Shown piece after piece: positions 19,138 to 27,725 of a stretch of 64,000 nt of DNA. Position 1 is the first letter of the stretch; each line of letters begins with the position of its first letter. The position numbers and the translations under genes were made by a program. The notes under the pieces were generated by a model that had not been told where the DNA came from, ran no database searches, and saw only the letters and a list, made by a program, of their open reading frames with translations. The DNA is from a virus (taxonomy: Duplodnaviria > Caudoviricetes): positions 3,809 through 67,808 of IMG/VR virus record IMGVR_UViG_3300029822_000006; one strand, written 5' to 3'.

Positions 19138-20613
19138 GTGAATATTTTGGCTAAATCAAAAACTCCTAGTTTTATTTTAACATTATATTTAAAAACAGAA
19201 CTATATCAAGAAAACTTAATTGATAAAGAATTTGAAAAATATAGAAGAATCTATAATGCCTGTATTAGTGAATTATATAAAAGATATAATCATATGAAAG
19301 AATCTAAAATATATCAAGAGAATTGTAAATATAGAGGAAAAGATAGAAATAAAAAATTTAACAATATTAATAAACAATATGGTTTAACCGAATATTCATT
19401 TCATGATTATGTTAAATTAATGAATAAACATTTTAAAACAAATTCGTTTATAACTCAAAAAATAGCAACTAGAGCATTTAATGCTTTTCAAAAATTAATG
19501 TTGCATAAGGCTGATAAAATAAAATTTAAATCATATGGAACTTTAGATAGTATTGAAAGTAAAAATAATACTACTGGAATTATATATAAAAATGGTTATA
19601 TTAAATTTTTAGATTTTCAAATACCGATTATAATTAAACCTAATGATAAATATGCACAAATGGCAATTCAATCAAGAGTTAAATTTTGCAGACTTTTAAT
19701 AAAAGAAATAAAAGGTAAAAAAAGATATTATATTCAATTAATATTAGAGGGTATACCGCCTAAAAAGATAAATAAAGATGGAGAAATTATAGGAGATATA
19801 GGACAAGGAAATGTTGGGATAGATATAGGTACAAGAACTATTGCTTATTCTAGTCAATATGAAGTAGGATTAAATGAATTATCTCCTGAAACGAATGGTG
19901 TTGATAAACAGTTAAAAATATTACAACGTAAAATGGATAGAAGTAAAAGAGCTACTAATCCCAATAAATATAATGAGAATGGTATTATTAATATTAAAAA
20001 TAAAGATAAATGGATATATAGTAATCATTATATAAAAGTAAGAAATATAAGAAAAGAATTATATAGAAAACAAAGAGAAATTAGAAAACAATCTCATTAT
20101 AAATCAATAAATCATTTATTATCTTTAGGTGACAAATTCTATGTTGAAACAATGAATTATAAGGGACTTCAAAAGAAAAGTAAGAAAACTATAAAGAATA
20201 AAAATGGTAGATATAATAAAAAGAAGAGATTTGGTAAGAGTTTAGGGAATAAAGCTCCTGCAATGTTTCTTAGTATGTTAGATCAAAAATTAAAATATAA
20301 TAATGAACAATTATATAAAATAGATACTTATAATGTTAAAGCTTCACAGTATAATCATATTGAAGATAAATTTATAAAAAAAGAATTAGGTGAAAGATGG
20401 AATGACTTTTATTATAATGATGAACAAGTAAAAATACAGAGAGATTTATATAGTGCGTTTTTAATAATGAATGTAAATAATAATTTAAAATCAATAGATA
20501 GAGACAAATGTATTAAGACATTTAATAATTTTAAAGAATTTCATGATAAAGAAATAGAAAGAATAAAATTAGATAAAAATAATAAAAGAATAATAAAGAG
20601 TATGGGAATATAA
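19138..20613 (+). CDS. tnpB: TnpB-family RNA-guided nuclease (long type, no zinc finger)
   Basis: RuvC-I GIDIG, RuvC-II VETMN, RuvC-III QRDLYSA; 491 aa. Confidence 0.8.
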   Translation: MNILAKSKTPSFILTLYLKTELYQENLIDKEFEKYRRIYNACISELYKRYNHMKESKIYQENCKYRGKDRNKKFNNINKQYGLTEYSFHDYVKLMNKHFKTNSFITQKIATRAFNAFQKLMLHKADKIKFKSYGTLDSIESKNNTTGIIYKNGYIKFLDFQIPIIIKPNDKYAQMAIQSRVKFCRLLIKEIKGKKRYYIQLILEGIPPKKINKDGEIIGDIGQGNVGIDIGTRTIAYSSQYEVGLNELSPETNGVDKQLKILQRKMDRSKRATNPNKYNENGIINIKNKDKWIYSNHYIKVRNIRKELYRKQREIRKQSHYKSINHLLSLGDKFYVETMNYKGLQKKSKKTIKNKNGRYNKKKRFGKSLGNKAPAMFLSMLDQKLKYNNEQLYKIDTYNVKASQYNHIEDKFIKKELGERWNDFYYNDEQVKIQRDLYSAFLIMNVNNNLKSIDRDKCIKTFNNFKEFHDKEIERIKLDKNNKRIIKSMGI

Positions 20614-20818
20614 GAATATAATAAAAAAAGGTTTAGAAACGAGCCTAATACTAACGTAAATGTGTCCATAGGGATATTTGTTGGTGAAAGTCTTTTGGAA
20701 TATGATTAGGGTATATATGTTGTAATTTATAGATGAAAGATAATTCCTATAAATGAGAGTATATAAGAAAGTCATTTAGTACAAAAGAACCCCACTCCTT
20801 TAGGTGTGGGAGTTTCAG
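20614..20818 (+). ncRNA. putative omegaRNA scaffold of the inner TnpB
   Basis: Non-coding segment between the tnpB stop and the right-end hairpin, the established position of TnpB omegaRNAs. 5' boundary uncertain. Confidence 0.55.
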
Positions 20819-21264
20819 AGGGGTAAAACAAAATAATACAGCTAAATCATTTGTACAAATGCCTCAACAACGATTAGTAGAAAAAATTAAATATAAAGCT
20901 GAATTATTAGGAATAAAAATAATAATGCAGAATGAAAGTTATACAAGTGGATGTAGTTGTTTAGATTTAGAAGAAGTAAGTAAAAAAGATTATAATAAGA
21001 GTAGAAGAATATATAGAGGATTATTTAAAAGTAATACAGGAATATTAATAAATGCAGATGTAAATGGAAGTATAAATATAATGAGAAAGAGAATAAAATG
21101 TATTCCAAGGTCATTAGAAATGATGATGGATAATGGATTTGTGGATAATCCAATACGTTTAAGGGTGGCATAGAAATATGTAGAAATTTAAATACCAAAC
21201 AATGTATGAAATATGTAACTTTAGTTATAGAAAATTCACAGGGGAGATTTGAGATGAAGTTTAA

Positions 21265-21432
21265 GTGAAGATTAAAGAAACATTATACATAGCAAAGAAA
21301 TGTCAAAAATGTGAGCATAATTGTAAAGTTCAATCGTGTTGTGTAGATGCAACAGTGACAATGTGTAAGAAATATAAGAAGAAAAAGAAAGAATCAAATA
21401 TTAAAAATAAGTCCGAAGAGGACACAAAATAA
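21265..21432 (+). CDS. small Cys-rich basic protein (55 aa, not in ORF track)
   Basis: GTG start; KCQKCEHNCKVQSCC...MCKK. Confidence 0.45.
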   Translation: MKIKETLYIAKKCQKCEHNCKVQSCCVDATVTMCKKYKKKKKESNIKNKSEEDTK

Positions 21433-21481
21433 GTATAAATAAAATAAAAAAATATTAAAGAGAAAAAGGAGATTATAAAAA

Positions 21482-21799
21482 ATGAGTAAAGAAAAGGTAG
21501 AAACAATAAATAAGGCAGAGTTAATAGCAGGTATGGCAGAGAAATCAGGTTTAACTAAAAAGGATTCAGAAATAGCATTAAAAGGATTTATAGAGACTGT
21601 AGAAGATGGATTAGTTGCTGGTAAGAAAATTGCAATTCAGAAATTTGGTAATTTTGAAACAAGAGAAAGGGCAGCTAGAACAGTACAGGCGGTTCCAGGA
21701 AAGCCAGATGAAGGAACTAAAGAAATACCAGAAACTATAGTTCCAGTATTTAAAGCAGCAAAAGCATTAAAGGATAAAGTTGCTGGAATAGAAGACTAA
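21482..21799 (+). CDS. hup: HU-family histone-like DNA-binding protein
   Basis: NKAELIAGMAEKSGLTKKDS...FGNFETRERAAR...PVFKAAKALKD. Confidence 0.92.
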   Translation: MSKEKVETINKAELIAGMAEKSGLTKKDSEIALKGFIETVEDGLVAGKKIAIQKFGNFETRERAARTVQAVPGKPDEGTKEIPETIVPVFKAAKALKDKVAGIED

Positions 21800-21829
21800 T
21801 TATTGATAATTAAATAAGATTACATATAT

Positions 21830-21860
21830 AGCAAGAGGATTAATTTCTTCTTGCTAATTT
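21830..21860 (+). terminator. intrinsic terminator-like hairpin
   Basis: AGCAAGAGGA-TTAATT-TCTTCTTGCT followed by a T-rich tract. Confidence 0.5.
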
Positions 21861-21863
21861 TAT

Positions 21864-23084
21864 ATGAGGGCAGGGATTTTAATGGGGGAGAAAATCAAGA
21901 TAGTTGTAGATACAAATGTATTAATGAGTGAACCAGAGAAATTATTAAAAGATATTGATGGAGAATTATTAGTTTGTTCAACAATATTGGAAGAATTAGA
22001 TAAATTAAAAATAAGTGATAATAGTAAAAAAGCTTTCAAAGCAAGACAAGGAATTAAATATTTAAAAAATAATAGAGATAAATATAGATTTGTGTTAAAT
22101 GGAGATATAAAGAGTAAAGAATTATTAAATGGTGATTTTGATACCAATAAGAATGATAATAAGATATTAGATGTGTGTTTAAGAGAAAAAGCTAATTTAT
22201 TTACATTAGATTTTAATATGGTGCTTAAGGCTGAAGTATTAGGGATTGATGTAATAGAAGCTCAACAGGAAAACGATAATTACAAAGGATATATAGAAAT
22301 ATCTGGAAATACCGAATATATAAATGAAATATTAAATGATTATTTAAATGATAATAATGTATTAAATTTATTAGAAAATCAATATTTAATAATATATAAT
22401 ACTGATACAGATAAAATTATAGAAAATAAATATTCAAATGGAAAATTAGAGAGATTAAAATTACCTCCAAGTAATGTAATTAAAGGACTTAATATTAAAC
22501 AAAGATGTGCTTTAGATTTACTTATGGATAAAGATATACCAATTAAAATAATAGCCGGAAATTTCGGATCGGGGAAAACTAAAATGGCAATAAAAGTAGC
22601 ATTACATCATGTGTTAGATAAAGGTAATTATGGTAAAATCCTTTTGGTACGCAATCCTGTGGGATCGGGGCAAGAAATAGGCTTTATTAAAGGTGATAAA
22701 GAAGCTAAAATAAAAGAATTTTATACACCAATAGAACAAAATCTTGATGGTGGTGAATATCAAATGCAACAAATGATAACTAAAGAACAAATAGAGTGTC
22801 AGATCCCTTATTACTTAAAAGGAACAACTTTTAATGATACTTTTATGTTAACAGATGAATGTGAAGATTTAGATAAGAAATTATTTAAACTTATAGGTAC
22901 GAGAATAGGTAAAAATTCTTGTGCAGTTTTTACGGGAGATTGGGAACAGGCAGAAACAAAATATGTACATAATAATGGATTATCTCAATTTATACAGTAT
23001 GGAAAAGGAAATAAATTAGTAGGTATAGTCGTATTAGATGAAGATGTTAGATCAGAGGCTAGTAAAGTATTTGCTGATTTTTAA
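21864..23084 (+). CDS. phoH: PIN-PhoH (PhoH2/YlaK-like) protein
   Basis: PIN motifs VDTNVL, LEELD, NDNKIL, TLD; Walker A GNFGSGKT; FTGDWEQ. Confidence 0.88.
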   Translation: MRAGILMGEKIKIVVDTNVLMSEPEKLLKDIDGELLVCSTILEELDKLKISDNSKKAFKARQGIKYLKNNRDKYRFVLNGDIKSKELLNGDFDTNKNDNKILDVCLREKANLFTLDFNMVLKAEVLGIDVIEAQQENDNYKGYIEISGNTEYINEILNDYLNDNNVLNLLENQYLIIYNTDTDKIIENKYSNGKLERLKLPPSNVIKGLNIKQRCALDLLMDKDIPIKIIAGNFGSGKTKMAIKVALHHVLDKGNYGKILLVRNPVGSGQEIGFIKGDKEAKIKEFYTPIEQNLDGGEYQMQQMITKEQIECQIPYYLKGTTFNDTFMLTDECEDLDKKLFKLIGTRIGKNSCAVFTGDWEQAETKYVHNNGLSQFIQYGKGNKLVGIVVLDEDVRSEASKVFADF

Positions 23085-23107
23085 TAATTAAATAAAGGAA
23101 TGTTTAT

Positions 23108-24073
23108 ATGCGAAAATACGAAGAAATATGTGAATATATAAACAACAGAGGTGAATTATTAACTACTAAAGATGAATTTGATATAGAAAAAGATAAACAA
23201 AATAAATTTAATTCAGATGTAAAACTTAAAATAAGATGTATTTGTGGAAATAAATTTTATAAATCATTTGCTGAATTTAAAAATTCTCCGCATTGTCAAG
23301 AATGTGGTAGAAAAAGTATGCAAGAAAAACAACGAACTCCGTTTGTAGATATAAAAAAATGTTTTGAAAAAGAAGGATATCAGGTAATCACAGAAGAGAA
23401 AGATTATAAAAATAATCGTACAAAATTACATTATATATGTCCTTCTGGACATGAAGGAAAAATAGATGTACATAGTTTTATGAGAGGAGTAAGATGTAAA
23501 ACATGTGCAGGATTAAAAATGACGAAAGAGAATACTATGCCTTATGAAAATATAAAATCATATATTGAAGGAGAAAATGGGAATAGATGTAAATTAATTT
23601 CATTTAAAAATGAATATCAAAATACCAAGACAAAATTAGAAATACAATGTAAATGTGGAAATACATTTAAGACTGATTTTATAAATTTTAAACATGAGAA
23701 CAAGAAACAATGTAATGAATGTGGTTTAGAATTAAGAAGTAAAGAAAATAGCCCTAATTGGAGAGGTGGAACTTCATCAGAACGAGACATTATAAAAAAT
23801 AGTGATGAATATAAGAATTGGAGAAGTTCTGTATTTAAAAGAGATAATTATACTTGTCAATGTTGTGGGGATAATAAAGGTGGTAATTTAGAAGCACATC
23901 ATATTGAAAACTTTTCTGAATATGAAGAATTAAGATTTGATATTAATAATGGTATTACTTTGTGTAAAAAATGTCATAATCCAAATCAAAAAGGAAGTTT
24001 TCATCATACGTATGGTACACATAACAATACAAAAGAACAATTAAATGAATATATAAAAAACTATAATAATTAA
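23108..24073 (+). CDS. HNH endonuclease with N-terminal zinc-ribbon repeats
   Basis: RDNYTCQCC...EAHHI...NNGITLCKKCH. Confidence 0.85.
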   Translation: MRKYEEICEYINNRGELLTTKDEFDIEKDKQNKFNSDVKLKIRCICGNKFYKSFAEFKNSPHCQECGRKSMQEKQRTPFVDIKKCFEKEGYQVITEEKDYKNNRTKLHYICPSGHEGKIDVHSFMRGVRCKTCAGLKMTKENTMPYENIKSYIEGENGNRCKLISFKNEYQNTKTKLEIQCKCGNTFKTDFINFKHENKKQCNECGLELRSKENSPNWRGGTSSERDIIKNSDEYKNWRSSVFKRDNYTCQCCGDNKGGNLEAHHIENFSEYEELRFDINNGITLCKKCHNPNQKGSFHHTYGTHNNTKEQLNEYIKNYNN

Positions 24074-24083
24074 ATAAAAAGGA

Positions 24084-24269
24084 GTGTTTGAGAGTATGGC
24101 AGTAGAAAATAAAATTTGTAATGATTGTTCAAAAAGTGTGGTTTGTTCTTGGTATAAAACAATAAATAAATTTGATCCAGATTGTACTAAAAATAATGTT
24201 ATAGAAACAGTAATAGAAATAAAAGATTGTCCTGAATTTGATGAGGTTAAAGAAATAAAGGGTGAGTAA
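24084..24269 (+). CDS. small Cys-rich protein
   Basis: CNDC, VVC, KDC; AAGGAG upstream. Confidence 0.5.
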   Translation: MFESMAVENKICNDCSKSVVCSWYKTINKFDPDCTKNNVIETVIEIKDCPEFDEVKEIKGE

Positions 24270-24271
24270 TT

Positions 24272-24733
24272 ATGGATACATATATTTCAGAAATCCACAA
24301 AGAAGCAATAGAAGAATACATAGATAACTTATTAAAAGAAAAACATCTGAATATGCCAAATGTAGATGACTATACAGAACATAGGATTAAGCAATTAGCT
24401 AAAGATATGTTTTATGTTGGATATAAGGATGCTTTAGAAACAGAAGAGTTAGAATTAGTAGAACAATTTGAAATGAAAAGGCTAAAAGGAATAGATAATC
24501 CTGAAACTTTAAAAAAGATAAATAGTTATAAAAAAGATGATAATGTAACTAATGATGAATATTTACATATGTATAAATCAATGAACAAAATTTTCAAAGA
24601 ATATTTTAAAATATATGAGAGTTATATATCAATTAATATTGATAGATTAAATAAAATACAAGATGTAAATGAATTTATAAAAGCATTAGATAATAATGAA
24701 ATATTATTAGAAAAAATATTAACGTGTGATTAA
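24272..24733 (+). CDS. hypothetical protein
   Basis: ORF coupled to the upstream gene. Confidence 0.55.
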   Translation: MDTYISEIHKEAIEEYIDNLLKEKHLNMPNVDDYTEHRIKQLAKDMFYVGYKDALETEELELVEQFEMKRLKGIDNPETLKKINSYKKDDNVTNDEYLHMYKSMNKIFKEYFKIYESYISINIDRLNKIQDVNEFIKALDNNEILLEKILTCD

Positions 24734-24741
24734 TTTAATGA

Positions 24742-24788
24742 TTATGGATAATAACTATTGATTAAATATCTTTAATTATTATCCATAA
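24742..24788. repeat. 13-bp perfect inverted repeat (terminator-like hairpin)
   Basis: TTATGGATAATAA / TTATTATCCATAA; loop contains GATTAAATATC. Confidence 0.75.
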
Positions 24789-24829
24789 AACTGATATTTT
24801 ATTTACATATTAAATAAGAAGGTGAATAT

Positions 24830-25117
24830 GTGAGTTTTAAATTTAAAAATAAAGAATTTGATATAGGAGATATTGTATTTATAACTTGTGATAAAGAAAT
24901 AATGGTAGATAATAAAGCAATAGGTAAAATTAAATCAATAAATAAGAATTCTATTGATTTAATTTTATCAAATATAGATAATTGTGGTATTTTAATTTTA
25001 AATGATTTTGATTTAACATTTGATAATGATAGATATTTTACAATTAATATTCCGATATCTCATTTAAAAACATGTGATTTATGGGGAAATTTTATTAAAC
25101 AATATATAACAATTTAA
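24830..25117 (+). CDS. hypothetical protein
   Basis: GTG start after AGAAGG. Confidence 0.5.
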   Translation: MSFKFKNKEFDIGDIVFITCDKEIMVDNKAIGKIKSINKNSIDLILSNIDNCGILILNDFDLTFDNDRYFTINIPISHLKTCDLWGNFIKQYITI

Positions 25118-25374
25118 AAATTATATTTATATAATTAAATTAAAGCAGAAAGGATTGAGGGGTAAATGCTCATAAGTTATTGGATTATAATTTATGTGAA
25201 GTTTTATTTTAGAACTTTTGAAGCTATCCTAACTAACTTTTCTGTTTTAATATAATTATATAACCATTGGGAGACGTGGGTAATGCCTAAATCCAAATAT
25301 TCCATTTGTGGGATTGAGAGTAGTATATCTATTCTTGATTTTAGAAAAAAGACTAATAATTAAATAAAAAAATA

Positions 25375-25403
25375 TTGACAAGTAATCCAAAAGGTAGTAA
25401 TAT
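25375..25403 (+). promoter_or_regulatory. sigmaA-type promoter for the coiled-coil gene
   Basis: TTGACA-17 bp-TAATAT. Confidence 0.7.
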
Positions 25404-25470
25404 TAGAAGTGTCAAGAAGATATACATAAATCAAAGTTTAAAAATTAAATGATTAAAGGAGAGAGATATT

Positions 25471-26100
25471 ATGGAGATGACAGTTACAAGAGGTTTAGCA
25501 GAAATGAAGTTGCTCAAGAAAAGAATAGAAAGTAAGATAAATTCTACACAGTTTATATCAGGTAAAAAGAGATCTGCAAAGAAAATAGATAATGTATTTA
25601 CAGTAGATGAATTTGGAAAAGAAGTAAAAGCAAATTATGATAGTATTATAGATTTAATTGAAAGATTAAAAATTATAAAATCAGCTATTGTAAAATTTAA
25701 TGCAGAACAAACTGTTATTATTGCAGATAAAGAAATGACTGTGGCAGATGCTATTGAAAGAAAGAATAACATAGTATTTGAAAAAACATTATTGAAAAAG
25801 ATGGTAAATCAATACAATAATATTATTGCAATTATAAATACAAGAAATGAAGATATGGAACAAAAGTTAGATAGACAAATACAGACAATGAATGGTGGAG
25901 ACAGTAAGAAAACAGATACGGAACAAACTGAAGCTTTTTCAAAGTCTTATAGAGAAAGTAATTCGTGGGATATAGTAGATCCTCTAAAACTGAAAGATAA
26001 AATAGATAAATTACAAGAGGATATAGAAAACTTTGAATTAAATGTGGATTTTGTATTAAGCGAAGTGAATAGTAGTAAGAAGATTGTAATTCCAGATTAA
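25471..26100 (+). CDS. long alpha-helical coiled-coil protein (possibly DIP1984/septicolysin-like superfamily)
   Basis: MTVTRGLAEMKLLKKRIE...MTVADAIERK...DPL...IENFELNVDFVLSEVNS. Family assignment is from memory and unverified. Confidence 0.55.
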   Translation: MEMTVTRGLAEMKLLKKRIESKINSTQFISGKKRSAKKIDNVFTVDEFGKEVKANYDSIIDLIERLKIIKSAIVKFNAEQTVIIADKEMTVADAIERKNNIVFEKTLLKKMVNQYNNIIAIINTRNEDMEQKLDRQIQTMNGGDSKKTDTEQTEAFSKSYRESNSWDIVDPLKLKDKIDKLQEDIENFELNVDFVLSEVNSSKKIVIPD

Positions 26101-26119
26101 TAATTGAAAATTAAATAAG

Positions 26120-26513
26120 TTTATTGTGGATTAGATTAATGATTTTAGATTCCAAATTCCCTTATTTCTTTTGGGTTAATAAAGAAGCAGAAGAATTAAT
26201 ACTTCGCAAAAGTATTGATGATTTAACTACAGAACAAGTGTACAAAAGTACATATGTTGAAGGTAAATTATCTAATATAATAGTGATATGTTATATTAAT
26301 AAACAACATACATAAAAAGTTCAAGTATTAAAAATCAAATCTAAAATTTTAAGATTCAAAGTTCTTATTTTTTAAAGTTCAGCTAAGGAATATTATGATG
26401 ATAATATTAGCAATTCAAAATTAATAAGCTCTTAGAAATCTTAGATTGATGGTTATAAGTGCTAATTTGGATTAACTTTAAATCAACCACTAAGTTGTTT
26501 AGTTCACAATAAA
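26120..26513 (+). ncRNA. candidate structured ncRNA downstream of the coiled-coil gene
   Basis: 17-bp closing stem 26120-26136/26497-26513 with 4 G.U pairs; five internal hairpins; TCCAAATT/AATTTGGA long-range pairing; AAAGTTC-type repeats. Confidence 0.65.
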
Positions 26514-26536
26514 AAATTGAATATAAAGTGAGTGAT

Positions 26537-26671
26537 ATGAGAGAAATGAAATGTGTAACAGAATTTTGTGGAACAACCAAATATGGATTAGAATATAATT
26601 GTAGTTTTAAAGAAGAAGATTGTGATGTTTGTAGGGAATGTCACGAATATGTTAAAGAAAAAATGGATTAA
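26537..26671 (+). CDS. small Cys-rich protein (44 aa, not in ORF track)
   Basis: MREMKCVTEFCG...NCSF...CDVCREC. Confidence 0.4.
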   Translation: MREMKCVTEFCGTTKYGLEYNCSFKEEDCDVCRECHEYVKEKMD

Positions 26672-26757
26672 TATTTTGAAAAATTAAATAAAATTGGTTA
26701 TTAGCAATTAAATTGCTTTTAATAAATATTTTTTATAATTTTAAGGAGGAATTTTTT

Positions 26758-27159
26758 ATGACAAACTTTTTAACTAATTTTAATGATGAATTTGAGGAGA
26801 TGGATAAATTTTTTGATAATTTTTTGAAAGCAATCAATTTAAAGTTTTCGCTTCCCAATAAAGATGTATCACCAATACATACAGAAAAGACGAGTGAAGG
26901 ATATAGAATTATCGCTCGTAGTGTAGGGATCGCTCCTGAAGATGTAAAAATCGAATTAAAAGATGAATGTATACATTTGGAAGGAAAAACTGAAAAAAAC
27001 GGGATGGCGTATAGTACATCTTATGATATTCCTTTATTAGATGATATTAGAGATAATATTGAGAATATAAAATATAAAAGTGAAAATGGTATGACTACAA
27101 TATATATAAATACGAAGAAAAGATTAAAAGAAATTGTTGATATAAAAAGAATAGATTAA
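26758..27159 (+). CDS. small heat-shock protein (Hsp20/alpha-crystallin)
   Basis: ATG after AAGGAGG; EMDKFFDNF N-arm; GIAPEDVKIEL...IHLEG...ENGMTTIYI. Confidence 0.7.
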   Translation: MTNFLTNFNDEFEEMDKFFDNFLKAINLKFSLPNKDVSPIHTEKTSEGYRIIARSVGIAPEDVKIELKDECIHLEGKTEKNGMAYSTSYDIPLLDDIRDNIENIKYKSENGMTTIYINTKKRLKEIVDIKRID

Positions 27160-27272
27160 AAAGGTAATTTTATGGGTGCTGTAATAGAGGGGCTTACAGT
27201 TAAATGAGGTGTAAATGAGGAACTAACAGCCCATATTAATAAAATAAGCCGATTATTAAAAGAGGAGAGAAT

Positions 27273-27437
27273 ATGAAAGAATTAATGTTGAAAAATTTAA
27301 CAGAAAGACTAGAAAGATTACATAAAGAAGAAGATGAAATAACTTTTGAAAATTTAGGAATACATTATATAGATAGTCTTATTAAAATACATAAAGAAGA
27401 AGATGAAATTATAGATAGAATTGCATCAGATTTTTAA
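27273..27437 (+). CDS. small hypothetical protein with internal HKEEDEI duplication
   Basis: AGAGGAG RBS; 22-nt repeat at 27319 and 27388, both in frame. Confidence 0.5.
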   Translation: MKELMLKNLTERLERLHKEEDEITFENLGIHYIDSLIKIHKEEDEIIDRIASDF

Positions 27438-27449
27438 TGAGATGATTAA

Positions 27450-27626
27450 ATGGAATCAATAATAACAGTAATTGAAGTTAATCATAATAAATTTGGAATA
27501 TTACATAAATTGTCTTTAAATGTTGATAGTTGGTTAAATTCTAATATAAAAGCAAATTATAAAATATTAAAAGATAGTGATTATGTAAATATTGATGGTT
27601 GTATAGATAATAATGGTGAACTTTAA
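27450..27626 (+). CDS. small hypothetical protein (58 aa)
   Basis: Open frame MESIITVIEV...NNGEL*; weak RBS. Confidence 0.35.
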   Translation: MESIITVIEVNHNKFGILHKLSLNVDSWLNSNIKANYKILKDSDYVNIDGCIDNNGEL

Positions 27627-27725
27627 TTAAATTTATTAAAAGTTAAATAATATATATATTATTAAAGTTTAGATGAATAAGAAATAATTATGGCGTGATG
27701 AATTCAGCCAGTAGGAGGATAAGAA

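Larger units (their letters stand above)
19003..20818 (+). mobile_element. non-autonomous IS200/IS605-family (tnpB-only) element
   Basis: Left hairpin AAAG-CCCACG...CGTGGG 14 nt after TTAC; right hairpin GAAC-CCCAC...GTGGG ending in TCAG; no target duplication; no tnpA. Confidence 0.8.
18512..21173 (+). pseudogene. tnpB: outer tnpB, interrupted by an insertion at 19003-20818 and internally deleted
   Basis: N-part (LYNIANY, LDQNWKSYF) and C-part (GVKQ...ESYTS...NADVNGS). Joining 19002 to 20819 gives an in-frame 281-aa ORF lacking RuvC-I. Confidence 0.8.

Noticed and set aside
19003-20818. IStron (group I intron-IS hybrid) explanation for the nested element
   Set aside because: Only about 135 nt lie between the left end and tnpB, and no group I core elements were recognised.
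26124-26315. 63-aa ORF in the ORF track
   Set aside because: TTG start with no RBS, and it lies inside the stem-rich ncRNA candidate; likely spurious.
27319-27409. Two 22-nt direct repeats 69 nt apart, superficially a mini CRISPR
   Set aside because: Only two copies, non-palindromic, in frame inside a small ORF (HKEEDEI duplication); no cas genes in the window.
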